64,000 bases of DNA from Bilabrum cf. latius (Eukaryota), in contig OZ237750.1 in assembly GCA_965178125.1 (NCBI GenBank), positions 806,001-870,000 of the forward strand, written 5' to 3'. Below, piece by piece: positions 11,045-23,100 of the stretch. Each line of letters begins with the position of its first letter. The stretch's first letter is position 1. Made by a program: the position numbers and the translations under genes. The notes under the pieces are model-generated. The model was not told the DNA's origin, did not search any database, and was given only the letters and a program-made list of their open reading frames with translations.

Positions 11045-13791
11045 TTTCTTCTCGTGCTCTGCAGCGGCTGCATGGGCCGCCATCGTTTCCTTCCTGGCCG
11101 CGTCTGCCTCCTACCTGGCCAAACCCGCCTGTTCCCTGGTCTGGATCAGCTCGGTGCGGAGTCTGCCAATGGCCGCGGTCGCGAGCTGCAGCTTGTTGCG
11201 GTAGAAGTGCGCCAGCTGCTGCGGCTGGTGGAGCACCCGAGTGGCGCCAGCGTGCCTCACCGGCAGGCACCCGCTCACAAAGTAGCCCACGTCGTGTGCC
11301 TCTGGCAGCTGGTTCACGCGCACCACAAACACGGCCTGGGCCCTTCCACCGGGCAGTCCGTTCAGGCCCATATCAGCGGCGCTCACCCAGTCCACTTGCA
11401 GCGCGCCCGATGGAGGCATCGGCTTGATCTCGCGGGCGATCGCACCCTGGGCCGCCTCGGACAGCATCCTCCGCTGGTCCTCTGACACGACTCGGGCGGG
11501 GGACGCCTGGCTGAAGAACACCACCACGCCCCCGCTCGCGTTGTTGAGCAGGGCGGCCACGTGGGGGGGCGCCTGCGACTGCACGGTCTGAGGGTGCAGG
11601 TGCCCGATGTCGATCCGGCCGGGCGCGGGCTGCACGAAGTCCCCCAGCACGGGGACCTGCTTGAGCTCCGCGTGCAGGGCCTCGGCGAGGCGCGCGCTGG
11701 CCACGGCGTCCTTCTCCACCGCGGTCAGCTGGGCAGTGGAGGAAGTGCTTGCAGCCGCAGCGGCTGCAGCACCGCCGTCGCGGGAGCTAGGGGAGGCCGG
11801 GGGCACAGAGCCCTGAGGTGAAGCGGCCAGTGGTGCCCCGGCAGCTCGCTCAGGCGGCGGCGCATGCCTCACCCCGCTGCTGCTATCCCTGGACTCGCGC
11901 GAGCCGCCTGCAACGGGCGAGTCCACGGCAGCCCCCCTGCTCGTCGGGGATCCAGGGGTGCCGCGGGGCGATGGCTGCCCGCCCGAGGCATGGAGGTCTG
12001 GCGAGGCAGCGGACGCAGGCATGGTGCCAGGCGACAGGGACCCCTTGGGCTCCGTGGTGGCGACTACTTTGGACCACGTTCCGTTGCGGGCGGGTGACGC
12101 CGAGTCAGATCCCGGGCCATCGTCGCGAGCCGCCGCGTCGCTGGCCCCGCTTCCGCTGCGTCCGTGTGCCAGTACCTGCTGGGCCGGCGGTGCCACGACC
12201 GGGCGCACGGCCGGGATTTTCGCGCTGCTTGCTCCCGGCTTGAGGCGCACGCCCTGGCTGTCTTCCGTCCTCTCAAAGATGTCTTGCCGCATGCTCAGCA
12301 GCCTCTGGAATCCCTTGAGCGTGTTGCCGCACGCGGCCTGAAGCTCCTGAGGCTCGGCCTCCGCGGTGAGCACGCGCCACAGCTCGGTCCACTGGATGCC
12401 GCGGCGCTCCGCCTCGGCGGGGTCCTCGGACCCGCGGACCTGCCTCGCGGCGCCTAGCAGCACGGCCACTCGAGACACCAGCCTGCGACCCGCGGGTGTG
12501 GCTGGACCCCCGGGCCGGGGACCGCCGCTCGCTGCTGCTGCTGCTGACGAGGCAGCCGCCCCCCCTTTGGCCGCGCCCGCGATGGGCCTGGCCAACGGGG
12601 CCGCGGTTCCCTTCCCTGCCTTGCCTAGGATCGCGCCCGCCAGTTTGCCCAGGGCCTCGGGCTCGAGCCCCTCTTCCCACTGGGTGAAATACGGGGGGAA
12701 CCCCCCCGGCAGCTCCCCGCCGAGGGGGCACTCGCCCTCGAACAGTTCCTCGGGGAGCTCCACCTCGAACCTTCGTTGCAAGAACTCTAGGAGCTTCACC
12801 AGCCTGTCTGAGCCTCGGCCCAACACGCAGAGGGCGTCGCTGCCGGCTCGCAATCCTTCCATGACGGGCCTAGCAGAGTCTGGCTTCTTGAGTGCCCTCA
12901 GCAGGTGGGGCCTGCCCGGGTGCTTGTCGCCTGCGGGGAGGGGAGTACACAGAGGGAAAGAATGGGACGCCGAGGATGTTGCAATTGGCTGGGTGGTCTC
13001 CTGCACTGATGGGCTCGTTTGCGGCTGCTCCAACCGAGATCGGCCGACGGCTGCAAGGCAGTTTCGGTGGTCGCCGGAACAAGCTGCTGCTTGGGCATTT
13101 TTAAGTGCTCAGCTGCGAGCAGGCGGCACCACCTCATTAAAATGCGCTCCTCACCGATAACTACGTCAAGGATCCATCGTATTGTGTAGGGCTCATCCAT
13201 CGCAATGGCTGCTGCTAGCACCGCTGCTTCCAAGTGAGACGCGTTCACAGATTTCTTCTTGAATATCTGAGGCGCGTGCTAGCTCGCGATTTCCATGAGA
13301 CGGCTAGAAAACTTGCCATCGCCACCGGGGGCTGTTTCGCCTCTTGTCTCGACAAGCACAGCGAATGGCAGCCTCAGTTGCTCTGGAAGATTTTCTACGA
13401 GAGAAAGCAGCCCTTCGTGACTAGCAGCCCCTTTCAGGGGCACATACACCTAGCTCTGGGAAACACCAGCTAGTAGACATGGCGCCAACTCCCTCATTGC
13501 TGCCCCGTGCACGCTTTCCAAGAAAGTGTGAACCAGGTCCCACGGCTGTGGGATTACTGCTGCAATCTTCGCTACAACAGGCTTCCCTAATCCCATGTAT
13601 CTTTCCGCAAGCTCCGAGGAAACTCTTTGAACGCGAGCTCTTTCTTTGAGCTCTTTCATTCCGTAAAACCTAAGCAATGCACCAATAGCCATTGGAAGCT
13701 TGTCGACGGTCGGCCTACAAGCTGAAACTAGCCTTTCTGCAATCGTAATCAGGCCCTTCATAACATCTTCATCCTCAGTAGGGACTGCCAT
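10451..13791 (-). CDS. Multidomain protein with putative LOTUS/OST-HTH-like and Schlafen/AlbA_2-like domains, coiled coil and low-complexity C-terminus
   Basis: ORFs 13450-13827 and 12898-13248 are joined via TAGs. A predicted intron at 13051-13154 (GTGAG...TTGCAG) shifts into ORF 11111-13033, which continues through TAG 11111 into 10451-11083. Ends at TAA (GFQSIFS*). 5' end uncertain. Confidence 0.65.
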
Positions 13792-13985
13792 GACAACAAT
13801 TAATAAGCTTGGCTGCACAAAACTCAAACGATCGTCTCGGTTCGGCGTGAAGGCACCAAGACAGATTGATGGGTCCGTGCAAATTCAGATTTGCGTCGAA
13901 ATCAATGTAACGTAATGATTCACACACTCGTCATCATCTGGGCAGATCTGACGCACTTGCGCTGCTGCGGCCAACTCTTGGCGCA

Positions 13986-14690
13986 ATGTTCAGATTTACG
14001 CGCGTATGGAATCATTTGAAGGGTTCGAGCCGCATGGGAGTGCGTTTCGCATCGAATTCGTCAGGTTAGGGAAGCAAGAAGCAAATGCTTGACGTTTTGT
14101 AGATAGGCACGGGAATTGCGTTTGGTATTGTTGCTGCAAAAGCGTACAGATTGGCATCAGAGTGGCCAGAAGGCAACCAGTTGTTGTTTAATAGCATGAG
14201 AGACGACAAGGTAGTCAGGAACGCTATGGGTTATCCAATCATTGCTCTGCCAACGTGGGAAGGCATCTCTACGGATGATACGGTACGCATAGAGGTGCCT
14301 GTAGTCGGAACTAAGTGCATGGGTATGCTCACTGGTGCGGCCGTGAAGCAAAAAGGGCAGTGGGTCGTACTAGCATGTGAAATGCAGCCGACGTTTGTTA
14401 TCAAGGGAGGCAGCGACCAGCTGCCTGCTGCACCTGCCGCCGGCCAGGCTAGCCAGCTGGAGTCCCCCCCGCCTGCCAGCCTCGATGCTGCGGTCACCGA
14501 CAGGCGAAGCTACGATGTAATTGCGAAACGATGGATGGACAGCATGTATTCGATTGGAGCGGAGAGCGACTTCACGAAGGAGCACGCGCACACCAAGGCC
14601 CACCTCAAGGTGGTTGGCAAGCAGGACGCATCGGCGGGACCAGAAACGGATAAGTCGAAGCAAGAGGCAGGCAGTGGCGGTCGCAGCTGA
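13986..14690 (+). CDS. Mitochondrial COA1/Tim21-like inner-membrane protein
   Basis: With TAG=Gln the frame starts at ATG 13986 with a presequence-like MFRFTRVWNHLKGSSRMGVRFAS, then a TM segment (IGTGIAFGIVAA), then VRNAMGYPI...WEG...VRIEVPVVGTKCMG...W, a COA1/Tim21-like pattern; TGA end. Confidence 0.6.
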
Positions 14691-14850
14691 TGGAACGCCG
14701 CCGGCTTGCCATCAGCATCGAATCTTAGGGGATTTGGAGGGACAATGAGCGAGTTGCAGACATTGGACAGAGTAGCACAGAGGAACTGTTTCCGCTGCAA
14801 TTTTCTCCCCGGTGCAGGCACAGTGCTCGCAACGTTCACGCACAGCTCGA

Positions 14851-17229
14851 TCAGCTGCCTCCTCCTCCTCCGGATGCCTCTGCCCGCTTCCGCCTCTGCT
14901 CCGCAAGAAACTCAAGGAATTCCTTCTCCTCCTCCTCGTCCCCCTCCACGATCTCCACCTGCGGCCCATCCAAACGGCCATCCATAGGCACGCGCACCCG
15001 CTTCAGCGGGTCGCTGCTGGCACCGGTGGAGCTGCCCCTGTCCCTATCTCCAGCCGTGGTCACACCAACTACTCTGGTCGCAGGAGGCGCAGCACCCGCG
15101 CGTGACCCCGCAGCAGCGCCCGCCCCTGTCCCCGAGCCCTTGCTCCCACCGACACCGCCTTGCAATCCAGCGGCGCCACCCGAGGGAGAGGTGGACGGCG
15201 CAGTGGCACCAGCCCCGCTCCCGCTCCCGATCGGCGTGCCAAGCGCCGAGGCGGGCAAGCTGGGCGCCTCGTCGTCGTCGTCCTCGTCTGTGTACTGCGA
15301 CGCCCTCGCGCCGCTCCTGGCCTTCTCGTACTCCTGGGCGTCCATCCACTGCTTGGCTGCAGCTGCTGCCGCCTTGGCCCTCGCCCACTCGTCCTATTCC
15401 GGACCCTGTCCCTGTCCCTGTCCCTGGCCCGCCGCACCGAGCCGCTGCCCCGGTGGTAGCACCTGCCTGCCGTTTGCCATCACTCCGATGCTTGGCGCCT
15501 CTCGCATTCTCTGTTCCTGAGCCCGCCTAACCTCCAGCGCTCTAGCCACGGCCGCTGCACCGGGGTCTGCCGCAGCCGTGGCAGGGGGGATTGCTGCTGA
15601 GGTCGACGGAGCCGCAGCAGAGGGCTGCGGTGGGGATGAGCGGGCCACTGCGGCCGCGCGCCCCGCCGCGGCAGGAGCCGGAAGCGAGCCGCCCTCTTCG
15701 CGCACTGCATCCAGCGCCCTGCCAACTGAGGGGCCCAGCGAGCTGGTTGGCGCCTGCGCGGAAGCAGCCGCAGCGACAGCAGGGCTGCGTGCTGCCCCGG
15801 CCGGGCCCGGCCGTGCAGCATCCGCGCGCAGCTTCGAGACGTCTGCCTGCACCCTGGCGGCTTCTTCCATCTTTCTCCTCTCCTTGGCCTTCTCGATCTC
15901 CGGGTAGTAGTCCTCGTAGTACTCCCTCCCCGCCTCCTGGATCTTCTCGAAGAGGTCATTCACGCCCGCTCCCGACATGGCCGACACGCCCGCGTACCGC
16001 AGGCCCTGGTAGAACTCGTCCAGCACCAGGCTCATGCTGCGGGTCAGCTGCAAGATGTAGCCGTCATCCGCCGGCACGTGCACCTTGCCTGCAGCCGCCC
16101 TGCCGGACTCGCCTGCGAGCACACCTGGCGAGGGCGCGGATGCTGATGCTGCTGCTGCTGATGCACCCGGCCCACCTGACCCGCTTCCACCGTCCTCCAC
16201 ACTCACTTCTCCAGCCGCAGTTGCTGCTTCCTTTCTTGCTTCTTCTTCATCTGCCTGCCTCTGGGCCCTTCTCCTGGCCGCCCCCCTCGGGTCCTGCGCC
16301 TCATCCAGAGCCTCCTGAAAGGCCTCAAAGTCCTGCATCCACTCAAAGGCGAAGGAGGGGTCCTGGGCGTCAGACTTGTTGAAGGCGATCACAAAGGGTA
16401 GCCGGGTCTTGTACAGGATAGAACACGCGTACATCATGTTGCTCATGAAGGTCACCGGGCTTGCGCACCGGGGCGTGTCCACCACGTACAGCAGCACCGT
16501 GGGCACCGTCCCGGCGAGAGTCTCAGTGATTATGTTCCCAGAGGCAGACCAGGTGAACACTTCTATCTGTCCCGGCGTGTCCACGAATACGTGTCGCACT
16601 TGCTCCGCTCGCTTCTCGACGATGTCGAGCACTTTGTCGAAGCGCGTCGCAAACAGGTTGAGCGCAGTCATTATGCCGCCGTTCGGACCGAGGCCGTACT
16701 GCTTCATCACATCGCGGTACTTCACGGTGTCTCGAATATCAATGTTTGGCACGTACGGCAGGTGCTAGACAGCGGGGTCCAAGTTAACCACGTACGGGGG
16801 CGATCCAGCGGCGTGGCTGTGTGCGTTCAGCCGCTGCAACAGGGTTGTTTTGCCGCTCCCGGCCATTCCGACAACCAGCACAGAGATCGGCATTTTCTTT
16901 CCGTCAGACGGCCTGGACAGCGCAGGTGGTATGCGTGGGAGTTCCTCGTTCAGAAACTCTTCCTCAGTTGCATCAGCTCCTCGAGCAGCGTCTGCAGCAC
17001 CAAGGGAGGTTCCCATACCCATACGCGATGACACTGCTTCTACTGCATGTTGTATTCTTTGGGACTGGTGAGCCTGTTCTGCCTCCTACCTTCCCTGAGG
17101 GATGTCTGCTTCAATCGCGGCAGTAATGCGTTCCGCAGCTTCATCTGTGGAGACCTCAGGCACCCCATCCACCCGAATCGGAACACCTGCAGTAGATGAA
17201 GAACCTGTTCGTTCTTCACTGGAGCTCAT
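14851..17229 (-). CDS. GPN1: GPN-loop GTPase 1
   Basis: [85 protein letters not shown]. Single frame from ATG 17229 through TAGs at 17086, 16765 and 15394 to TGA 14851. Confidence 0.93.
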
Positions 17230-17438
17230 GGCTGCCAACCAAGGACGTTGTGGGCACCTTTGTGGTTTTAGTTGCCCCAGAGCAGAGAATATTCACGAAC
17301 TGCAAAAATAGCGTGCGATCACCGTAAAACCAGATTTAGCATGCTCACCCCGGCTCAGTTGCTCCAGCGCACAAAGCGGAAGGACCCTGAGCAATTCAAC
17401 CCTCTGGAACAAGCCCTTTTAAGTTTAAAATACTTCAA

Positions 17439-19826
17439 ATGGAAGAAGCCAGTGACAGCAACACCAGCCAAGTGCTCGACGAAGCCATTGCTCGGCCGGT
17501 CAAGGTTGCTCGCACAGAATCCAGCACTTCAGCGCCGGTCGCAGGCCAGCAGGGAGCTAAATTGAGCGCCGAAACAGAAAGTTTAGTCAACATGCCACCT
17601 GCACCGGAAGCACCGCCATCTGTCTCGAAAGGATCAGAGTTTGGCTCAACATCTTCGAGCAGCGCAAGGCTGCCAACCAGATAGTCCTCGGTTGCAGCTG
17701 CCGCAGCGATGCGGGATGAGGATACGCCGTACGAAGACGAAGATACGCATCCAGATGACGATGATGATGAGGAGTTCATGCCATCAAAGCCAGCCAAGAA
17801 GAAGCCGCCCAGGCAAAGAAGAGCAGCTGGCAAGCCGGCTCCGGCCAGGCGGCGTTCCCGCCGGTCTGCTGCAGAATCGATGCCAACACTCTCCAGGCTG
17901 CAGTGGTGGACTGGTCGTTTCGTTAAACAAGTTCTTCCGATTCGAGGCGATGCTGATGCAGCCTTCATCGGGGATGGCGACCCCTGCGTGGTGATGGTTC
18001 GCGGAGCCCCAGGAGTCTATGTGCACAGGAGCGACGTGCCCCAGCGGAGGGTCATGCGAGCGCCCGCAGCGTCTGCTGCTGCTAGCTCATCAGTACCATC
18101 ATCTTCCTCATCTGCTTCCCAGCAGGATGCCGATGACCAGAGCCGCCAGGTGCCTGCATCGACTCGAGAGCCAGACATTGTCGTACTGCACACGGCCACT
18201 GGCGTAGCTGTTCCAGCATCTCCAGTGATCGGACACGGTAAGCCTCCACGTGGATTCATGGCTGGCATCATAATTGATGCAGATGTTGCATTCAGACGCT
18301 CCTACGATGATCACCGCCCCCAGCTGGTGGAAGTGGAATCGGTGTTCCAGCTGTTCCCGAGCCGCAGCGTGCTCATCGTGCAAGGCCGCGTCTCTTCGGC
18401 ATAGACTGCCGCACAGGTTGCCGACTACGCTCTGTTGGAGCTAATCCGCACGGGGGTGTGCCCAATCAAGAGCGCTGACGAGGTACCGTTCAGCACCAGG
18501 GCAGCGGAGGCAGTCGGGCGGGCAATGTTCTACGAGCTGTACGAACAGGTGCGCCCGCCGCAGTCGAGCTCGCTGTCAATGGAGGCGCACGACGGCGGTC
18601 TCACCGACGAAGAGACCAAGGCGGTGCACGCTGAGCTCGTGCGCAAGTGGAAGGCACTGATGACGGAGGACCGCTCCAGGAGCGTCATGGTGGACAACTC
18701 GCCGGCGGGGACGGCCACACGCGTGGCACTCGCAGCGCAGGCCAAGAGCCCGGCAGGAGGCATCTCGCAGACAGACTTGACGTACTCTGCAGTTGCGATG
18801 GCAGACGGTGGCATCCCGATCTGCGGACAGGGCGCGCAGCTGCTGCCGCAAATCGAGCAAGCCAATGCAAGCGCCAAGGCGAAGGCCGAAGCCGAGGCTC
18901 AGGCTAATGCTGCGGCCGGCAAGGCTCAGAGCGCAAGCGCCGCGGCAGCTGCGTCATCGAAGCATAGCTCAGCGGGGAGCGCACGCGAAGGTGCGGGGGA
19001 AGAGGGGCAAGAAGGAGGGCAGGAGGCGATGTCTGACGATGGGGGCGACGCAGTGGCCGCGCCTGCACCCGCACCTGTGGGAGGTCAGGCAGGCGACGAG
19101 GAGGGGAACAAAGAGCCCACCCCCAGCTAGGGCGGATCCAAGGAAGACGATGCCGGATCTGACGGCGAAGGGACCCAGTACCTAGCACCAGCGACGGTCG
19201 TGGCAACCGGATTCGACACGCAAGACTACGCCCAGGTCGCGGCCGACGCAGCGCACCTCGCTCTCATCCGAAGCGGGGCTGTGCCCGCCGCCGGGAACGC
19301 CCCCCTGCTCACAGACGACGCACATGCTATCGCGCAATAGTACAACAGGCACTGGCCGGGGGGTCGAGCAACTGCATAGGCGGAGCAATCGGCTGCCGCA
19401 GCGAACGAGGCTTACAATCACAAGGGCAGCTCCAGCAAGGTTGGCGGCAGCAGCAGCAGCTCCGGCGTATCAGCAGCTGCCGGGGGGACTCCGCAGAGCC
19501 CCAGCGCGGCGAAGGCGCCGGCCACCCCATCTGCTGCAAGCGCGTCAGGCCGGGACGATGGCGACAAGCCCAACGACGAGCGTGCCACAAGCCGCGAAGG
19601 AGACACAGCCCAGCCAGAGAGTGGCAGTTCAGCGGAACCAGTCAGTAACGTGGCTCTGCAGGCCGCTGCTGCGGCCGCTATGGCTGCCAGCCGAGCCGAG
19701 CGGGCAGACAAGGCCACGGTGCGGCCGCCTTCCAATGACGAGGCTGCCATCGCTGCTGCAGCAGCAGTTGCGGCCGCCCACGCCCGCGCGGCTGCGTCCG
19801 CTGGTTCGGCGGCGATGCAGACATGA
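17439..19826 (+). CDS. Hypothetical protein (795 aa), probably nuclear
   Basis: ORFs 17439-17684, 17709-18404 and 18435-19130 are one frame joined by TAGs, continuing to TGA 19824-19826. Acidic patch followed by basic NLS-like PAKKKPPRQRR. Confidence 0.7.
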
Positions 19827-20175
19827 CTTTCGCTCGCTTTTACATTGCAAACAAGTATCAACCTGCATACCATTTTTTACCCACTCGCCAAATTACGGAA
19901 CCACTGCCGGTGGCGGTACGCGCGGCGCGGCGCCGAAACGATTGATGCAATTGCGCGATCCTTGGGCACCTACGCGTCATTTATCACTGTATCTGCGTAG
20001 CGCGTCAAGCATGGGTTCTCAGTACTAATCAACAGCAGAAAGTTCTCTATATCAAGGGCTGCGACCTTGAGTAGCGGCGTATTGAGCGTTTGATCTTGCT
20101 GTTGGCTTGTTGTCAATTTGTGGCTTGGATCCGCGAGTACAGGAAAACCCCCTGGTCTATCGCATCACAGCTGGC

Positions 20176-23100
20176 ATGCAAAGAATGCAAGGATAGTTCG
20201 ATGGCTGGCAAGTGCCGCCCCGGTATGGGCTGGTCAAAGTGCTTGGCCAAGGAACGTACGGGACCGTCGTTCAAGCCATCGACAAGTCTACCGGTCGAAG
20301 GGTGGCCATTAAGAGGGTATCTGACGTCTTTGACCCAAAATTACCTACAGCATCATTGGATAGTCGCAGACTTCTGCGAGAGATTTGCATCCTGCGGCTG
20401 CTAGACCATCATGCCGCCATCGTAGATCTTTTGGATTTATTTGCGGCCCCTGGCACCACAGCCAGCACATTGACGGATGTATACATGGTGTTTCGTCACT
20501 ATGAGACAGATCTCAACAAAGTCATCCTATCCCCCATGGCAATGACGGAAGCACACGTGCGCAGCATCGTATACCAGCTGCTTTGCGCACTGTTGTACTT
20601 GCACTCTGCTTTCGTGACACATAGGGATCTGAAGCCCGCCAACATTCTCGCCAACTCAGACGTGTCGATAGCTTTGGCAGACTTGGGGCTATGTAGGGTA
20701 CTTGCACAGCCAGCTCTGCCCCCGGAGGAGGACCCCAGACCGATGACCGGCGAGACGATGCTCTCTCGCTCCCGTTCGAGGAACAGAGCCAGGGCAGCGT
20801 CACACGGAGGAGCCATGTCCAGAGGGATCGGCTCTGCGATTCCAAGCCCGCTTGCCAGCCCCGTTCGCGCCCTGCTGTCGCCCCCGAGGTACGGTGCCCC
20901 TCCCATCACCACGGCGCATTCCTCTGCGAGTGCGGGAGAGGGCCGCCAGCGCCACCAGCACAGAGGGAGGGCAGTGTCCATGAGCACTCGCATGGGAGGC
21001 AACAACGGGGGGGGAGCGGGGCACGGGCGGCCCATAGGGCTCCTCTCCACCGGGACGGCGCCCTCGGGCATCGCCAGCAGCCCGTCCGTGTCCTCCACGA
21101 GGCCAGCGCGGGCGGGCAGTGGTGGCCGCGGAGGAGGTGGAGGCAACGGCACGAACGGACAGGGCACTGCCCAATCAGTGGGTCTGCGAATCGCGACCAC
21201 CGGACAGGGGTCCAGGTCAAGACCTGGCTCCGGACACAGCATCGGTTCCAGTCGGCGGGCGGGGCCGGAGGGGTCGCCGTTCGTGCTCAGCAGCGAGATT
21301 GGATCACCAATTCGGACACTATCTGGGGCGCTGCCTGGTAATCCACATGCATCGCCAGGAGCTGCTCCGGCGCCTTTGGGTGGCATGCAGAGCGGGGAAC
21401 GGGCTGATGTGCATCAGGGGCCCAGGGAGCCGAGCGTGGGTGTGGGCTTGCAGTCGATGCGAAAGCACAGCACGGGCAGCGGCAGCAGTGCGGTTGTGTT
21501 CGCGCAGGAGGACGCATCAGTCGCACAGAAAGCGGCTTCTGCGTCCGTTGGGTCTTCAGAGGCATTGAACCGCCAATCATTTTCATCTGGCGAAGCGGTA
21601 GCGCAAGCGTCGGCATCGTCCTCCGCCGTGTCCTCGTCAGCTCCTCGGGCACACGGGTAGGCACACGGGGCCGCTGCTTTGGGGCGGGATCGAAGAGACT
21701 CCGTGAGCAGCGTGGGCGTGTTTGCTCTTGTGAGCATCGAGCCGCCGCCCGGGTCGCAGCCAGCCGCGACCGCCGAGTCGGATGGGTTTCGGCCGCCGCC
21801 GACACCAGTCGACAGGCACGATCTCACGAGCCCAGCTCGGATTGCGCCGGATGCAGGGTTCTAGCGCGGATTGAGAGACCGTCTTGACTCGGCCCACTCG
21901 GGGCCGGGCAGCCCCAGGATCGCAGGCATCGATCGCGGCGAGAGGGAGGGGCCGTTGGGCAGCAGCTTCGCCGCGCAGGAGTCTGACGTTGACAGGGCCA
22001 CGATGGCAGCTGCGCACCCGATCCAGGCGCTCGATCTCATGCGCGCAGACGCGCCTATCGGAGATTGCCCAAGCATGGGAGCAGCACCGATACCTTCTGG
22101 CCTGCCCAATGCGTCACCGGTCGTTGCATCGGGTTCCCTTGGCAGCGAGCTACATCGCAGCGCGGGACCTGGACCTGGGCCTGGAATTGCTGGCAGCTCC
22201 GCGGCTGCCCCGATAGGGCAGTAGAGTGCTGAAGCGCCGCCCGGCTCTGCAGATGCAGCGGGGGCTTCTTCGCGCCCGCGAGCCAGCATCCCCAGGGTGT
22301 CCTCTATGCAGCGTTTCCGGGGGCTGTCTGTGGCGAGCCAGAGCCAGCAAAGCCAGAATTACAGCCAGAGCGGACCAGTTGCAAGCTTGGGCGAGCATCT
22401 TCAGCCAGTATCAGACGAAAGAGGCGGCAAGGTAGCAGCTCTCGAATCTCTAAACGTGGCATCCGCGAATGTGGATGGCGCGCTCGCTGAGGCGGAGATG
22501 ATGCGCAGGACGGAAGAAGCTGTCGTGGCGCGAGCAACAGGAGGCGTAAGTGGGATGCACGCCGCAGGAGACAGAGAAATGGGGAGACGTGTAAGTGGTA
22601 CTGTGGGCACCAGTTCGATTTCTCGAGGGGCGCGCACGAGAGGCCGCACGGGTACGATGCCAGGGGGTGGTGAATCTAGCGAGCCCACTGGCAGGCCAGG
22701 TTTACTGCGATAGTCCTCTGCGCCAAGCCGCAGCCCAGGTACTGGTGAAGGCTCCCTTATGTCATCGGTTGGGTCCAAGAGCACGCAGCACCCAGCATCT
22801 TCCAAGCCGATGCAGACCCCGGGAACTGATTCTGATTCTGACAGCGAGAGGGACACCAACTTGGGCGATTTGCGCGAATCCGCAACCGCAGGGAGGTAGC
22901 TTGAGCAAGCTGCCGAAGCGGTGGCGGCATGGGAGTCGCATCTCGATACGAGAGGGGAAATGCCTGAGTGCAGTGCCCCCGACCGTGCCAGCCAAGATGG
23001 GACCAACGATGGAGCTGGAGCGAGCACGTCAGGCAAGTCATCTGGAGGAGTACCGGGCCAGCACAGCACGCAGGGTGACAGGGTGATCCTGGCGCCCGTG

